From positions 1,088,001 through 1,152,000 of the forward strand of contig CAVWHX010000004.1 of NCBI GenBank assembly GCA_963754925.1: DNA of 64,000 bases. The letters run 5' to 3'. Position 1 is the first letter of the stretch. Each line of letters begins with the position of its first letter. The notes below the pieces were generated by a model. That model was not told the origin of the DNA, searched no databases, and saw nothing but the letters and a program-made list of their open reading frames with translations. This document shows positions 1 through 8,644 of the stretch, in pieces. The stretch comes from an uncultured delta proteobacterium (GTDB lineage: Bacteria > Myxococcota > B64-G9). The translations under genes and the position numbers were made by a program.

Positions 1-217
1 TACGGATCGGTGCGCCTGTTTTTGGATTGCGGCCATTACGGGCTTTGCGGGTGCGTACGGTCCAGGTGCCGAAGCCAGGATAGCTGAATCGGCGCTCCTT
101 CCTGACGGCCTTCTGAATGTGCGAGAAGACCGCGTCAACGAGCTCACTGGTTGATTTTTTTGATAGGCCCCAGGGGTTGTCACGGGAAATGAAGTTGATC
201 AAATCCTGCTTCGTCAT
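1..217 (-). CDS. hup: HU family DNA-binding protein (partial, runs off window start)
   Basis: Not in ORF track. Manual translation from ATG at 217 gives MTKQDLINFIS...FSYPGFGTWTVRTRKARNGRNPKTGAPIR, with the HU signature GFG..RKARxGRNPKTG. AGGAGG RBS upstream. Confidence 0.92.
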   Translation of the reverse strand, partial: MTKQDLINFISRDNPWGLSKKSTSELVDAVFSHIQKAVRKERRFSYPGFGTWTVRTRKARNGRNPKTGAPIR

Positions 218-321
218 GTCGCATCCTCCTCAGATACGTCTGATAATAGTTTAAGAATTTCTAACAGATGAGAACCTCCAATGTCAACCTGGATCCAACC
301 GTCATCGCATTTTTAATTTGC

Positions 322-1879
322 TCAAGGGGCGCTCGCTGGGTGTTCCTCGCCCTGCTTCCGCTGGGTATCAGTCACCGTTTTTGGTGGCGGCTTGGCGGTG
401 GCGTGTGGTGTTCCTTCTTCCGGAATCTGTACGGGCGTGCCGCAGGGTCGGATGGGAACAATCAGGGCGCGACCGGCCCGTACCCGGCGGGGATTGGTAA
501 GATGATTGGCGCTCATCAACGCCTCGAACCGACGTGTGGGTTGCGCGGGCTATGTGGCCGAGAGTTTCGCCTGAATGCACCATGTATTTGGTAAACGTTA
601 CCTGATTGTCACGGACCGTCGGATGATAGAGCTTGCGGAATTGCTCGGTGGAGCCTTTGGGGATGCGCAGGCGGTACGACTTCACATACGGCGGACTGCA
701 CCAGAAACGCAATTCGGGATTGAGCTCCTTCATGACGTCAAGGCTTACCCCAACCGCTTTCGCTGCGGCCTTGAGATCGGCCATGCCGGTGACATCGACT
801 TCGTCCCATTCGATGGGATCAAGATAGTTGATGTCACTAAACCCAAACTGCTCTGGATTCTTCTGAATCATGGCGGCGGCGATGATCTTGGGAACATACC
901 AACGCGTCTCGTTGGCGAGTTGGCCGATTTCGGCCAGCTCCCAAAAATCTTGGCACCCCGAACGCTCCATGGCCCGGGTGACGCCGTATTCACCCGCGTT
1001 ATAGGCGGCCCAAGCCAGGTACCAATCGCCGAATTTTTTATAGAGATCTTTGAGGTGTCGGGCGGCCGCCTCGGTGGCTTTCACCATATCGCGGCGTTCG
1101 TCGATCCAGAAATCGCTTTTGAGACCGTAGAGCTTTCCGGTGGCCTGAATGAATTGCCAGGGACCGCTGGCACGCGCCCGCGAGAACGCGCTATAGCTGA
1201 GTCCGCTTTCGATTAAAGCGACCGACACGAGATCTTTCGGCAGATCATGTTGTACCAGGATTTGCTGCATGAGGGGGTAGTACCGCGTGGTGCGCCCCAA
1301 CCAGATTTGAAACGGCGCACGGCCCCCGGTCTGCAAGAAATTGATCAACTTAAGCACTGATTCGTTCAATACCACGGGGATGTCAAAGCCAAACAGCGCG
1401 CGACCGGCAGCGGCCCGAGCGATGCCTGCGCCCGGATGAGGTCTGCCGGATTCAATCCCCGCGCTACTGAGCTCATAGAGAAGCTGCACTCCGTGCATGA
1501 CCAGCGTGTGGCGGGCGCCCTCTCCACCTTCAATCGGCGAAAAGTCCGCGCGCGCGGGCAACGTCCAGGTGGCCGAGGTTAACGCTGCTTGCTCAGCCGT
1601 GCGCATCTGGGCCAGTTCCTGACTTTCGTTATCGGGTGAGGCTCCCTCGGTCAATTCGGTCGCCGGCGGGATTTCTTCAGGCGTTCCGTTAACGGATGCC
1701 GGCGGTGGCGTACTTTCAGGCGCCGGTTTGTCAGCGGAAGGTGCGGCCGGGCCTTGCGGCGCGCCGTTCTCGGATTGAGCCACGAGAAGAGGCGCACGCC
1801 CGATGGTCCACCACAGCAGCACCCAGGCGAGTCCGATAGTCATGGGCGGCAGTCTAGACAGCTTATCGCGTAAAAGCAA
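322..1879 (-). CDS. mltD: Membrane-bound lytic murein transglycosylase D-like (SLT + LysM), +1 frameshift near 527
   Basis: Motifs ALIESG, GPWQFI, DERRD, AAYNAGE, ETRWYVPK. The LysM domain YMVHSGETLGHIA continues as LMSANHLTNPRRVRAGRALIVP in ORF 322..519 after one extra base. Confidence 0.85.
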
Positions 1880-1950
1880 TTGTAACCGTTCATTTGAGGA
1901 TCTGATGAGATTCGTTGCACGGTGCCCGTGCGCCGGGTAGAATACGCCCC

Positions 1951-2952
1951 ATGCTCATTGGACAGCTACTCATTGAACCAGCCGTATTCCTGGCTCCGCT
2001 GGCGGGAGTGAGCGAGTCACCGTTTCGGCGGCTCGCGCGCGAGCTCGGCTGCGGCTCCGTCGTGACGGAGATGACTTCGGCCGAGGGACTGCGCCGCGGC
2101 CAAGCGGGTTCCGTGGCCTTGCTGCGCTACGCCCCGGACGAGCATCCGATCTTCGCCCAACTTTTCGGCAACGAGCCTACCGCCCTGGCCGAGGCGGCGC
2201 GGATATGCGAACGACGTGGCTTCGATGGAATCGATATCAACATGGGCTGTCCGGTTCCTAAGGTCGTTCGGAACGGCGCCGGGGCCGCACTTATGCGAAC
2301 GCCCAAACTGGCGGCGGCCATTGTCAGCGCGGTTAAACGGGCCGTGGCTCTTCCGGTGACGGTGAAAATGCGCGCGGGTTGGTCGGAGCGCGAGATCACG
2401 GTCGTACCGTTTTCGCGTTACCTCGAACAAGCTGGGGCCGACGCGCTGATTGTGCACCCGCGCGCCCGATCCCAGGGGTACGGCGGCCGGGCGGACTGGT
2501 CATTAATTACCAAGGTGGTTCAGGCAGTTGCAATGCCGGTCATCGGTAATGGCGATCTGCACACAGCAGCCGATGGCGCGCGGATGCGTGAGCAAACGGG
2601 CTGCGCCGGCATCATGATCGGCCGGGCGGCGCTCGGCAATCCCTGGCTGTTTGGGGCGCTTATGGGGCGATCGTACCCGCCTGAACCGCATGAGCGCCAA
2701 CGGGTATTCGAACGGCATCTGCAGCTGCAGATCGAGTACCTTGGTTCGGAGAGCAAAGCCGTGTATACCATGCGCAAGCATCTGATCTGGTACTCACGCG
2801 GCTTACCGGGCGCCAGCGCATTGCGCCGCGAATTGGGGAGGCTTCTCACACCCTCCCAACTGAGAGCTGCCTTCGCCAAGCTCCTCTCTAGTGAACATCC
2901 TCTCTTGCCCACAACGACGGCGGACGCAGCGAGGTTTTCTGAGTCATGTTGA
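1951..2952 (+). CDS. dusB: tRNA-dihydrouridine synthase B
   Basis: Motifs LAPLAG, AQLFG, IDINMGCP, PVTVKMR, PVIGNGD, MIGRAALGNPW. Confidence 0.9.
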   Translation: MLIGQLLIEPAVFLAPLAGVSESPFRRLARELGCGSVVTEMTSAEGLRRGQAGSVALLRYAPDEHPIFAQLFGNEPTALAEAARICERRGFDGIDINMGCPVPKVVRNGAGAALMRTPKLAAAIVSAVKRAVALPVTVKMRAGWSEREITVVPFSRYLEQAGADALIVHPRARSQGYGGRADWSLITKVVQAVAMPVIGNGDLHTAADGARMREQTGCAGIMIGRAALGNPWLFGALMGRSYPPEPHERQRVFERHLQLQIEYLGSESKAVYTMRKHLIWYSRGLPGASALRRELGRLLTPSQLRAAFAKLLSSEHPLLPTTTADAARFSESC

Positions 2953-3677
2953 GAAATCTACTCAAGGAGAGCGTGATCCCCTTTCTCAAGACCAAATTGC
3001 AGGGTGTGCTCGGCGATCCACCGGAGCTCATTAAAATGCGCGCCGAGCTTACGCGCGTGCGGGAGGCAGATCTCAAAATTCAGAACGATATGCAGGCCGA
3101 GCTTGAGAAGACGCGCGATGAACGCTTGCAGTGGATGGCGAAAGAGTCGTCGGTTCGCAAGGAATTGCAGGATGCCCAGGAGCGATCCAAGGACCTGCTT
3201 GAGCAGGTTGTGCGGCTGACCCACCAGCAGCGCCAAGCCAAGCAGTCATTGATTAACGAGCAATTCAAGGCTATCACCTCGCCGCTGGAGCGCAACCGCT
3301 ACGAAATTGAGATAGCCGAGGCCCGCGGCAAGATCAAGCGCGCCGAGGAGCGCGCGCAGCGAGCGGAGGAGCGTCTCGCGCTGATGCCCAAGCTCGAAGA
3401 AGAGGCCGCGCGGGCCAAGGCCTTAGATCAGGAGCTTTGTTGGACCAAAGAGCAAGCCGCGCAAAAACATGCGGCGCTCACGGCTGCACTGGAACGGGTT
3501 AAGTATTTCGAAGCGCACGTCACCGAGCTCGAACAGGCGGCCGCGCCACGAACGAAACGGCCATACGGTAAACCGGCGCTGCGTAAGGCCAGTAAGCGCC
3601 AGGCAGAAACCTTCAACGCCGCCGCGCTGAAATCTCATAAAACTACAAGTCCTGGATCCCCGCCTGCGCGGGGATGA
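2946..3677 (+). CDS. Hypothetical coiled-coil protein
   Basis: 243 aa, E/K/R/Q/A-rich heptads, overlaps the dusB stop. Its own stop codon lies inside a REP. Confidence 0.65.
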   Translation: MLRNLLKESVIPFLKTKLQGVLGDPPELIKMRAELTRVREADLKIQNDMQAELEKTRDERLQWMAKESSVRKELQDAQERSKDLLEQVVRLTHQQRQAKQSLINEQFKAITSPLERNRYEIEIAEARGKIKRAEERAQRAEERLALMPKLEEEAARAKALDQELCWTKEQAAQKHAALTAALERVKYFEAHVTELEQAAAPRTKRPYGKPALRKASKRQAETFNAAALKSHKTTSPGSPPARG

Positions 3678-3735
3678 CAAACATTATCTGTGACAATGCG
3701 TCATATCGGTCATTCCCGCGCACGCGGGAATCCAG
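3652..3735. repeat. REP-like palindrome doublet (GTCATYCCC..GGGRATCCAG family)
   Basis: CTGGATCCCCGCCTGCGCGGGGATGAC (3652-3678) and GTCATTCCCGCGCACGCGGGAATCCAG (3709-3735), inverted, with a 30 bp spacer, between convergent genes. Confidence 0.85.
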
Positions 3736-3757
3736 TATGGGCATCATTAAAAAGAAA

Positions 3758-4257
3758 TCAGTGACGGGTTCTGGGTTTATTTTTTATGTAGAAACGGTCG
3801 ATCAGACTAGCCACGCCCGGGATGGCCTGTTGAACGTTGTCGAGGGCCAACGGCCGTAGGCGATAATACCCGCTTTTTAAGGTGGCGCTCGTGCTCTTCT
3901 CTGCCCGGCGGTCGGTAATCGCCAAGAGAGCCTCGGCAACGGACCGGGCATGATCGTTAAGATGAACGCCGAACGAGATACCGTTGGTCTTCTCGAAGTC
4001 GGCATGGAACGGATCGAGGGCTGAGAGAAACTCGTCAAACAATCGGGAGATAACGTCGGGCACGATGCCCGGTTTGACGGCTTTAAGAATGTTGTAACCA
4101 GTTTTTATGGCAAAACCGGAAAGGCCGGATTTTCTGCCGACCTCATGGTCGAGCAACTGACAGCAGGCCTCGATAATCTCACCACGACGTTTTGGGAGGG
4201 GCAGTTTCTTGCTCAGTGCGACCACGGGAGGACTACTCGGTATCCGCAGGTTCGTCA
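3758..4257 (-). CDS. DUF6918-like conserved hypothetical protein (start uncertain)
   Basis: LLDHEVGRKSGLSGFAIKTGYNILKAVKPG...FLSALDP...AEALLAITDRRAE pattern. Confidence 0.7.
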
Positions 4258-4499
4258 CTGCCGACTGGTACCAAGCCGGCGGGTTCCTCGGAATCCTCCG
4301 AGTTGTCGGACGCACCGGCAGTGATGCCGATCAACTGCTGTTCAGGTTCAGGCGCTGCGGGGCACTGCTTGATCTTGTCCTTGTGCGCGGCAGCCCAGCG
4401 CTCGGCTTCGCGACTTTTAGTGTAAGATTTCTCACGGCGCTTTTTTTCTTCCGCGATCATCTTATCTAACCAATCGGCAGTTAACTTCTTAGCGGCCAT
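4233..4499 (-). CDS. Small hypothetical protein (basic N-terminus, acidic C-terminus)
   Basis: 88 aa ORF with a strong AAGGAGGT RBS just upstream. Confidence 0.6.
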   Translation of the reverse strand: MAAKKLTADWLDKMIAEEKKRREKSYTKSREAERWAAAHKDKIKQCPAAPEPEQQLIGITAGASDNSEDSEEPAGLVPVGSDEPADTE

Positions 4500-4645
4500 G
4501 CTACCTCCTTATCGATTACCCTTTCTTATAATGCAAGCATGCTCTTGAGGCACCGGTCGTGCCGCTACTATCATGCGTATAGCATATCACTGCTTGCCTT
4601 CGCGCTTCAACCTGTTGCTGCCGATCTCACGGTCTGGTCCTCGGC

Positions 4646-5545
4646 TCAAGCGTTCTGAGATTTATTTTGCACTAATTGTTCGTACGTGTCGATACCGGCG
4701 GCGCTCAGGCGCACACCGGCAATCCGTGAACGCTCCGTATTATGAAACGTCATCGCCAGCGCTCCGCGCTCATTAAGATAAAACAAATCCGGCGTAATAT
4801 TAACCTCGCCCAGCAGGTCCCGAATGCGGCGTTGTAACTCGCCGACAGGCATTTCTTGAAACGCCTGCTCCTTAAAATGACGGTAGAGCACCTCGCAGAT
4901 ACTCTCACGCAGCGGCGGATCGAACGCCGGCCGCGTGCGAACCGAAAACAGCGGACCAGGAAACGAAATAACATGGAGCCCCACGGTGCGATTGATCAAC
5001 GCGCCGAAAGCTGTCCACAGCGCGAGTAGCCCAAGGGTGATGGTAAGTATGGCGATCGGCAGATTGAGCGCCTGGCTGCCGGTTGCGTGGTTAATTATTC
5101 TGAGGATGAAGAGCAGGTCGAGGTTGATGAGAAGGCCGACGAGGAGCGTACTGATATAGCCAACCCCATACGTCAATACCAGCAAAACCACGAGCAACGC
5201 CGATTCAGTCGCGAGCATGATGGTGGCATCCGGTCCCTGGCCAGCCGCCAGCGCATGCAGAATCCACGAATCCATCAATCCGATGAACGAGAACACCGTC
5301 AGTACTACGCCGCTCAAGAGATTTTTATTGGCGAAGTTCATGATTCCGGCCAAGAACTGGCACGCAACACCAAACAGCAGGCACATCATTGCCGCAGTCC
5401 GCAGGCCAATGGGTGTCAGCGCCGCGCCGAAGGCGATCGGCATTTGGGCCGCGCAACTTACCGCAAGACCAATGTATCCTAGGGGTGTTGGATCGACGAA
5501 AATAGGCTTCTTGACGGGAGTTCCCGGGTCACTGTGTCCAATCAT
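4646..5545 (-). CDS. GPR1/FUN34/YaaH (SatP-like) acetate/carboxylate channel with extra C-terminal winged-helix-like domain
   Basis: DPTPLGYIGLA resembles the NPAPLGLxGF motif; about 6 hydrophobic segments; an ~85 aa soluble tail ends in VRLSAAGIDTYEQL. Confidence 0.7.
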   Translation of the reverse strand: MIGHSDPGTPVKKPIFVDPTPLGYIGLAVSCAAQMPIAFGAALTPIGLRTAAMMCLLFGVACQFLAGIMNFANKNLLSGVVLTVFSFIGLMDSWILHALAAGQGPDATIMLATESALLVVLLVLTYGVGYISTLLVGLLINLDLLFILRIINHATGSQALNLPIAILTITLGLLALWTAFGALINRTVGLHVISFPGPLFSVRTRPAFDPPLRESICEVLYRHFKEQAFQEMPVGELQRRIRDLLGEVNITPDLFYLNERGALAMTFHNTERSRIAGVRLSAAGIDTYEQLVQNKSQNA

Positions 5546-5683
5546 GATGTCACCTCATGAAGCGCCTGCGTGCGTACCGCGCCTCAGGCGAGGAACGCAC
5601 ATCGTGTGCTGCCGTGTAACGATGAACAATGCCTACCAGTCTACCGTAACTGAACTCCACGGCGAGTGCAATGCAAAGAGACG

Positions 5684-6817
5684 TCAACTCATCTTAGTCC
5701 CGCATTCCTGGCAAAATTTTGTGCCAGCGGGTTGTTCCTTGCCGCACGTTGGGCATTTGGCAGTGGCGGATAGTTGCGCCCCACAGTTGCTGCAGAACTT
5801 AACGCCGGCTGGGTTGGGACTTTGACATTTTGGACACTGAACGGCAACCAGCAGCTTCTCGCCGCAACCACTGCAGAACTTGGCGCTTTGCGGATTTTGT
5901 TGGCCGCATTTTGGACAGGCTCGAGTCCCAACGCCGGGCCCGGCCGCCGGCGCCGCTGCCGGTTGCGTGCCCGCCTGCATGGCCTGTGAAAGCATACCCG
6001 GCATCATCATTCCCATCCCAAAACCCATGCCCGCGCCAACCCCGGCGCCGGCCGTTCCCCCGGGCTGGTTGGCGGCGTCCTGAACGGCTTGGGCCGCCTT
6101 GAACTTCATGTATTGATCGAGATTGCCGACGGCCGCCATACCGGAGCGCTCGTCGATTTTCTTTTGCACCTCTTCAGGAGGCGTAATGGCCGAGATTAAG
6201 AAATCCTCGATCGCGATGCCGTACTTTGCGAAGTCGTCCCTGACGAGCGCCTTCATCCCAGCTCCGATTTCGTTATACAAACGGGCCAGGTCGAAAATGG
6301 TCTTGAGGTTTTCACCGAGGAAATCGGCCAAACGGCTGACGACGACGTTTCGCAGAAAATCGGCAATCTGCGGGGTCGAATACACACCCTGCGTGCCGAC
6401 TATCTTGTTCACGAATACTTGGGCGTCCTCCACTCTGAACGACATCACGCCAAAAGCCCGCAGCCGCACCAGCATGAGTTCGGTGTCGCGGAAGGGGATG
6501 GGCTCTTTGGTTCCCCACTTTTGATTGATGAAGACCTTGTGGTTGACAAAGTATACCTCGGCCTTGAAGGGAGTGTCGCCTTTGAACACGGCGAGGTTGA
6601 GCGTCTGGCCGAGTATCGGAATATTGCCCGTGGTGAGGGTATGTCGACCGGGGCCAAAGGTGTCTAGGGCCTTGCCGCTGCGGAAGAAGACGGCGCTCTG
6701 GCTCTCGCGCACGATCACCTGTGCGCCAATCTTGAGATCGGCGTCACCGCTGGCTGGAAAACGGCTGACGATGAGCTCCCCGGTTTCATCCAAGCTTTGA
6801 ACTACTTCTATGGGCAT
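5684..6817 (-). CDS. SPFH (Band 7, YdjI-like) domain protein with three C-terminal double zinc ribbons
   Basis: QVIVRESQSAVFF..G..LDTFGPGRHTL, KWGTKEPI, LRAFG; Gly/Met-rich linker; three CPxC-x10-FCxxCG units. Confidence 0.88.
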   Translation of the reverse strand: MPIEVVQSLDETGELIVSRFPASGDADLKIGAQVIVRESQSAVFFRSGKALDTFGPGRHTLTTGNIPILGQTLNLAVFKGDTPFKAEVYFVNHKVFINQKWGTKEPIPFRDTELMLVRLRAFGVMSFRVEDAQVFVNKIVGTQGVYSTPQIADFLRNVVVSRLADFLGENLKTIFDLARLYNEIGAGMKALVRDDFAKYGIAIEDFLISAITPPEEVQKKIDERSGMAAVGNLDQYMKFKAAQAVQDAANQPGGTAGAGVGAGMGFGMGMMMPGMLSQAMQAGTQPAAAPAAGPGVGTRACPKCGQQNPQSAKFCSGCGEKLLVAVQCPKCQSPNPAGVKFCSNCGAQLSATAKCPTCGKEQPAGTKFCQECGTKMS

Positions 6818-6894
6818 ATCGGTCCTCCTGACCTCGTTTCTTTCGTTGAACGGTCACCAACCAAAAACAATATCAGAGCCAGGAGCGACACGTC

Positions 6895-7392
6895 TTATTC
6901 GCGCTCCGGTTGTCCGCCGTAGTCACGCAGTATTTGCTCCCGCTCATTCAAGGCCTGGTTCATCTCCTTGAGGGTGCGCGTCAGTTCGTTGAAGGTGGCT
7001 GTGCACGCCTGCTCGTCGCTGATGTCCCCCAATCCTCGAAGACGATCGAGTAAATCAGTGACGTGTTCGGCGAGCTTTTGATCAGCGGCATGTACGCGAT
7101 CGAGGCGCTCGCGATCAATCTTACCCTTGCCGAACCATTTACCAGAAAAGCCATAGTTGGCATACCGCACGCGATCGGTCACCTTGGAAAGAATTTGGGT
7201 AACGTTCTCGGCTGGATTGAGAAGCGCGAGCTTCTGGTTTGCGGCTAGTGATGCTTTAATGTCGTCAAAAAGATCTCGGCCTTCCCGCAGTCGTTGGGTA
7301 AGAAATTCCCGCAACAACTTGTCGGTATTCCGGCTGTCCTCGCGTTCCCGATAGCCTTTATACCCAGGCAATACGGTTTCCCAAAATCCCAT
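6895..7392 (-). CDS. Conserved alpha-helical hypothetical protein upstream of SPFH gene
   Basis: ATG at 7392 with GGAGG RBS; LPGYKGYREREDSRNTDKLLR and RVRYANYGFSG motifs. Confidence 0.75.
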   Translation of the reverse strand: MGFWETVLPGYKGYREREDSRNTDKLLREFLTQRLREGRDLFDDIKASLAANQKLALLNPAENVTQILSKVTDRVRYANYGFSGKWFGKGKIDRERLDRVHAADQKLAEHVTDLLDRLRGLGDISDEQACTATFNELTRTLKEMNQALNEREQILRDYGGQPERE

Positions 7393-7582
7393 ATATACCT
7401 CCCGAATGACGAAAAATGCATGGGCATTTTTCGGATTAATAGATAAACCCCAAGGAGCCAACCTACGACAACTATTATATATACGGTATGTGTCAAGGAG
7501 TGAATAAAAAGTTGCAACGAATTAACCGATACCGCTAATATCGCTTCGAGCGGTTATGGGGAAAAATCCCGGGGGATGCCCG

Positions 7583-8413
7583 GTGGCAAAGAATGACGCG
7601 TTCACTCTCCGGTGCTGGGGCGCACGGGGGTCGCTTCCGGCCCCGGGCCCAGACACCAACCGGTACGGTGGTAATACCTCCTGCTGGGAAGTTCGGGTAG
7701 AAGATTGGATCTTCATCCTTGATGCGGGCTCGGGAATTCGGCTGTTAGGCGATCATCTGCAGTCTCATTCAAAACGCCTCAACGCAACCGTATTGCTCAC
7801 CCATTACCACTGGGATCACATCCAGGGGTTTCCCTTCTTCGCGCCCGTCTACGAACCCAAAAATTCCTTTGCCATCTACGGTGAACCGCGCGGATCGCTC
7901 ACCGTCAAGGATATCCTTGCAGGACAAGTGGCTTTTCCCTACTTTCCGGTATCGCTGAAACAGATGAAGGCCCGATTAGAATTTTTCGATGTCGGGCCGC
8001 GGATGATGGTACGACGAGGCCCCGTGATTATTAGAACCGAGGCGCTCAACCATCCTGGTCGCTGCCTTTCATATCGGATAGATTACGCCGGCAAATCAAT
8101 TGTTTATGCAACTGACACCGAGCATGGTTCAACGCTCGACCAACGATTGGTTCGGCACGCCCAAGGTGCGGATATATTTATCTACGATGCGGCCTATACG
8201 GACGATGAATTTAGACATGGTAAAAAGGGTTGGGGACACTCGACGTGGCGGGAAGGTGTTAAGGTGGCCAGGGCGGCCGGGGTGCGCGCGCTGCTCTTGT
8301 TCCACCACGAACCAAGTCGAACCGATCGCGCCATAGCCGCCATCGAAAAAGCCGCACATCGAATGTTTAGCGGTGCGGCCGCTGCCCGTGAAGGCGAATT
8401 GTACATTCCGTGA
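7583..8413 (+). CDS. MBL-fold metallo-hydrolase (cyclic-nucleotide phosphodiesterase-like)
   Basis: WGARGSLP..YGGNTSC, LDAGSG, THYHWDHIQG, TDTEH, GHS, FHHEP. Confidence 0.85.
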   Translation: MAKNDAFTLRCWGARGSLPAPGPDTNRYGGNTSCWEVRVEDWIFILDAGSGIRLLGDHLQSHSKRLNATVLLTHYHWDHIQGFPFFAPVYEPKNSFAIYGEPRGSLTVKDILAGQVAFPYFPVSLKQMKARLEFFDVGPRMMVRRGPVIIRTEALNHPGRCLSYRIDYAGKSIVYATDTEHGSTLDQRLVRHAQGADIFIYDAAYTDDEFRHGKKGWGHSTWREGVKVARAAGVRALLLFHHEPSRTDRAIAAIEKAAHRMFSGAAAAREGELYIP

Positions 8414-8582
8414 AGCTTCGAATAATGCCCCGTAGAGAGAACGGTTGCTGGTTGCTGAGGAATTCGACTTGATGAATTCTCGAGTTACCGTACCTGCCTA
8501 TCTATCATACGGACTCAGCATAGCCTAACGTCCCCACTGTTAAAAAGGTTGACATCCCTTGACAACTGACTAAACTCACTAG

Positions 8583-8596
8583 ACTGACGCGTCAGT
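8583..8596. promoter_or_regulatory. Perfect 14 bp palindrome (candidate operator) upstream of CoA-activase gene
   Basis: ACTGACGCGTCAGT, downstream of two TTGACA boxes (~8549, ~8559). Confidence 0.45.
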
Positions 8597-8644
8597 ATGG
8601 CAGGCTATTTTTCTTGTAATAGTTTGATATTAAAGGATTTATCT

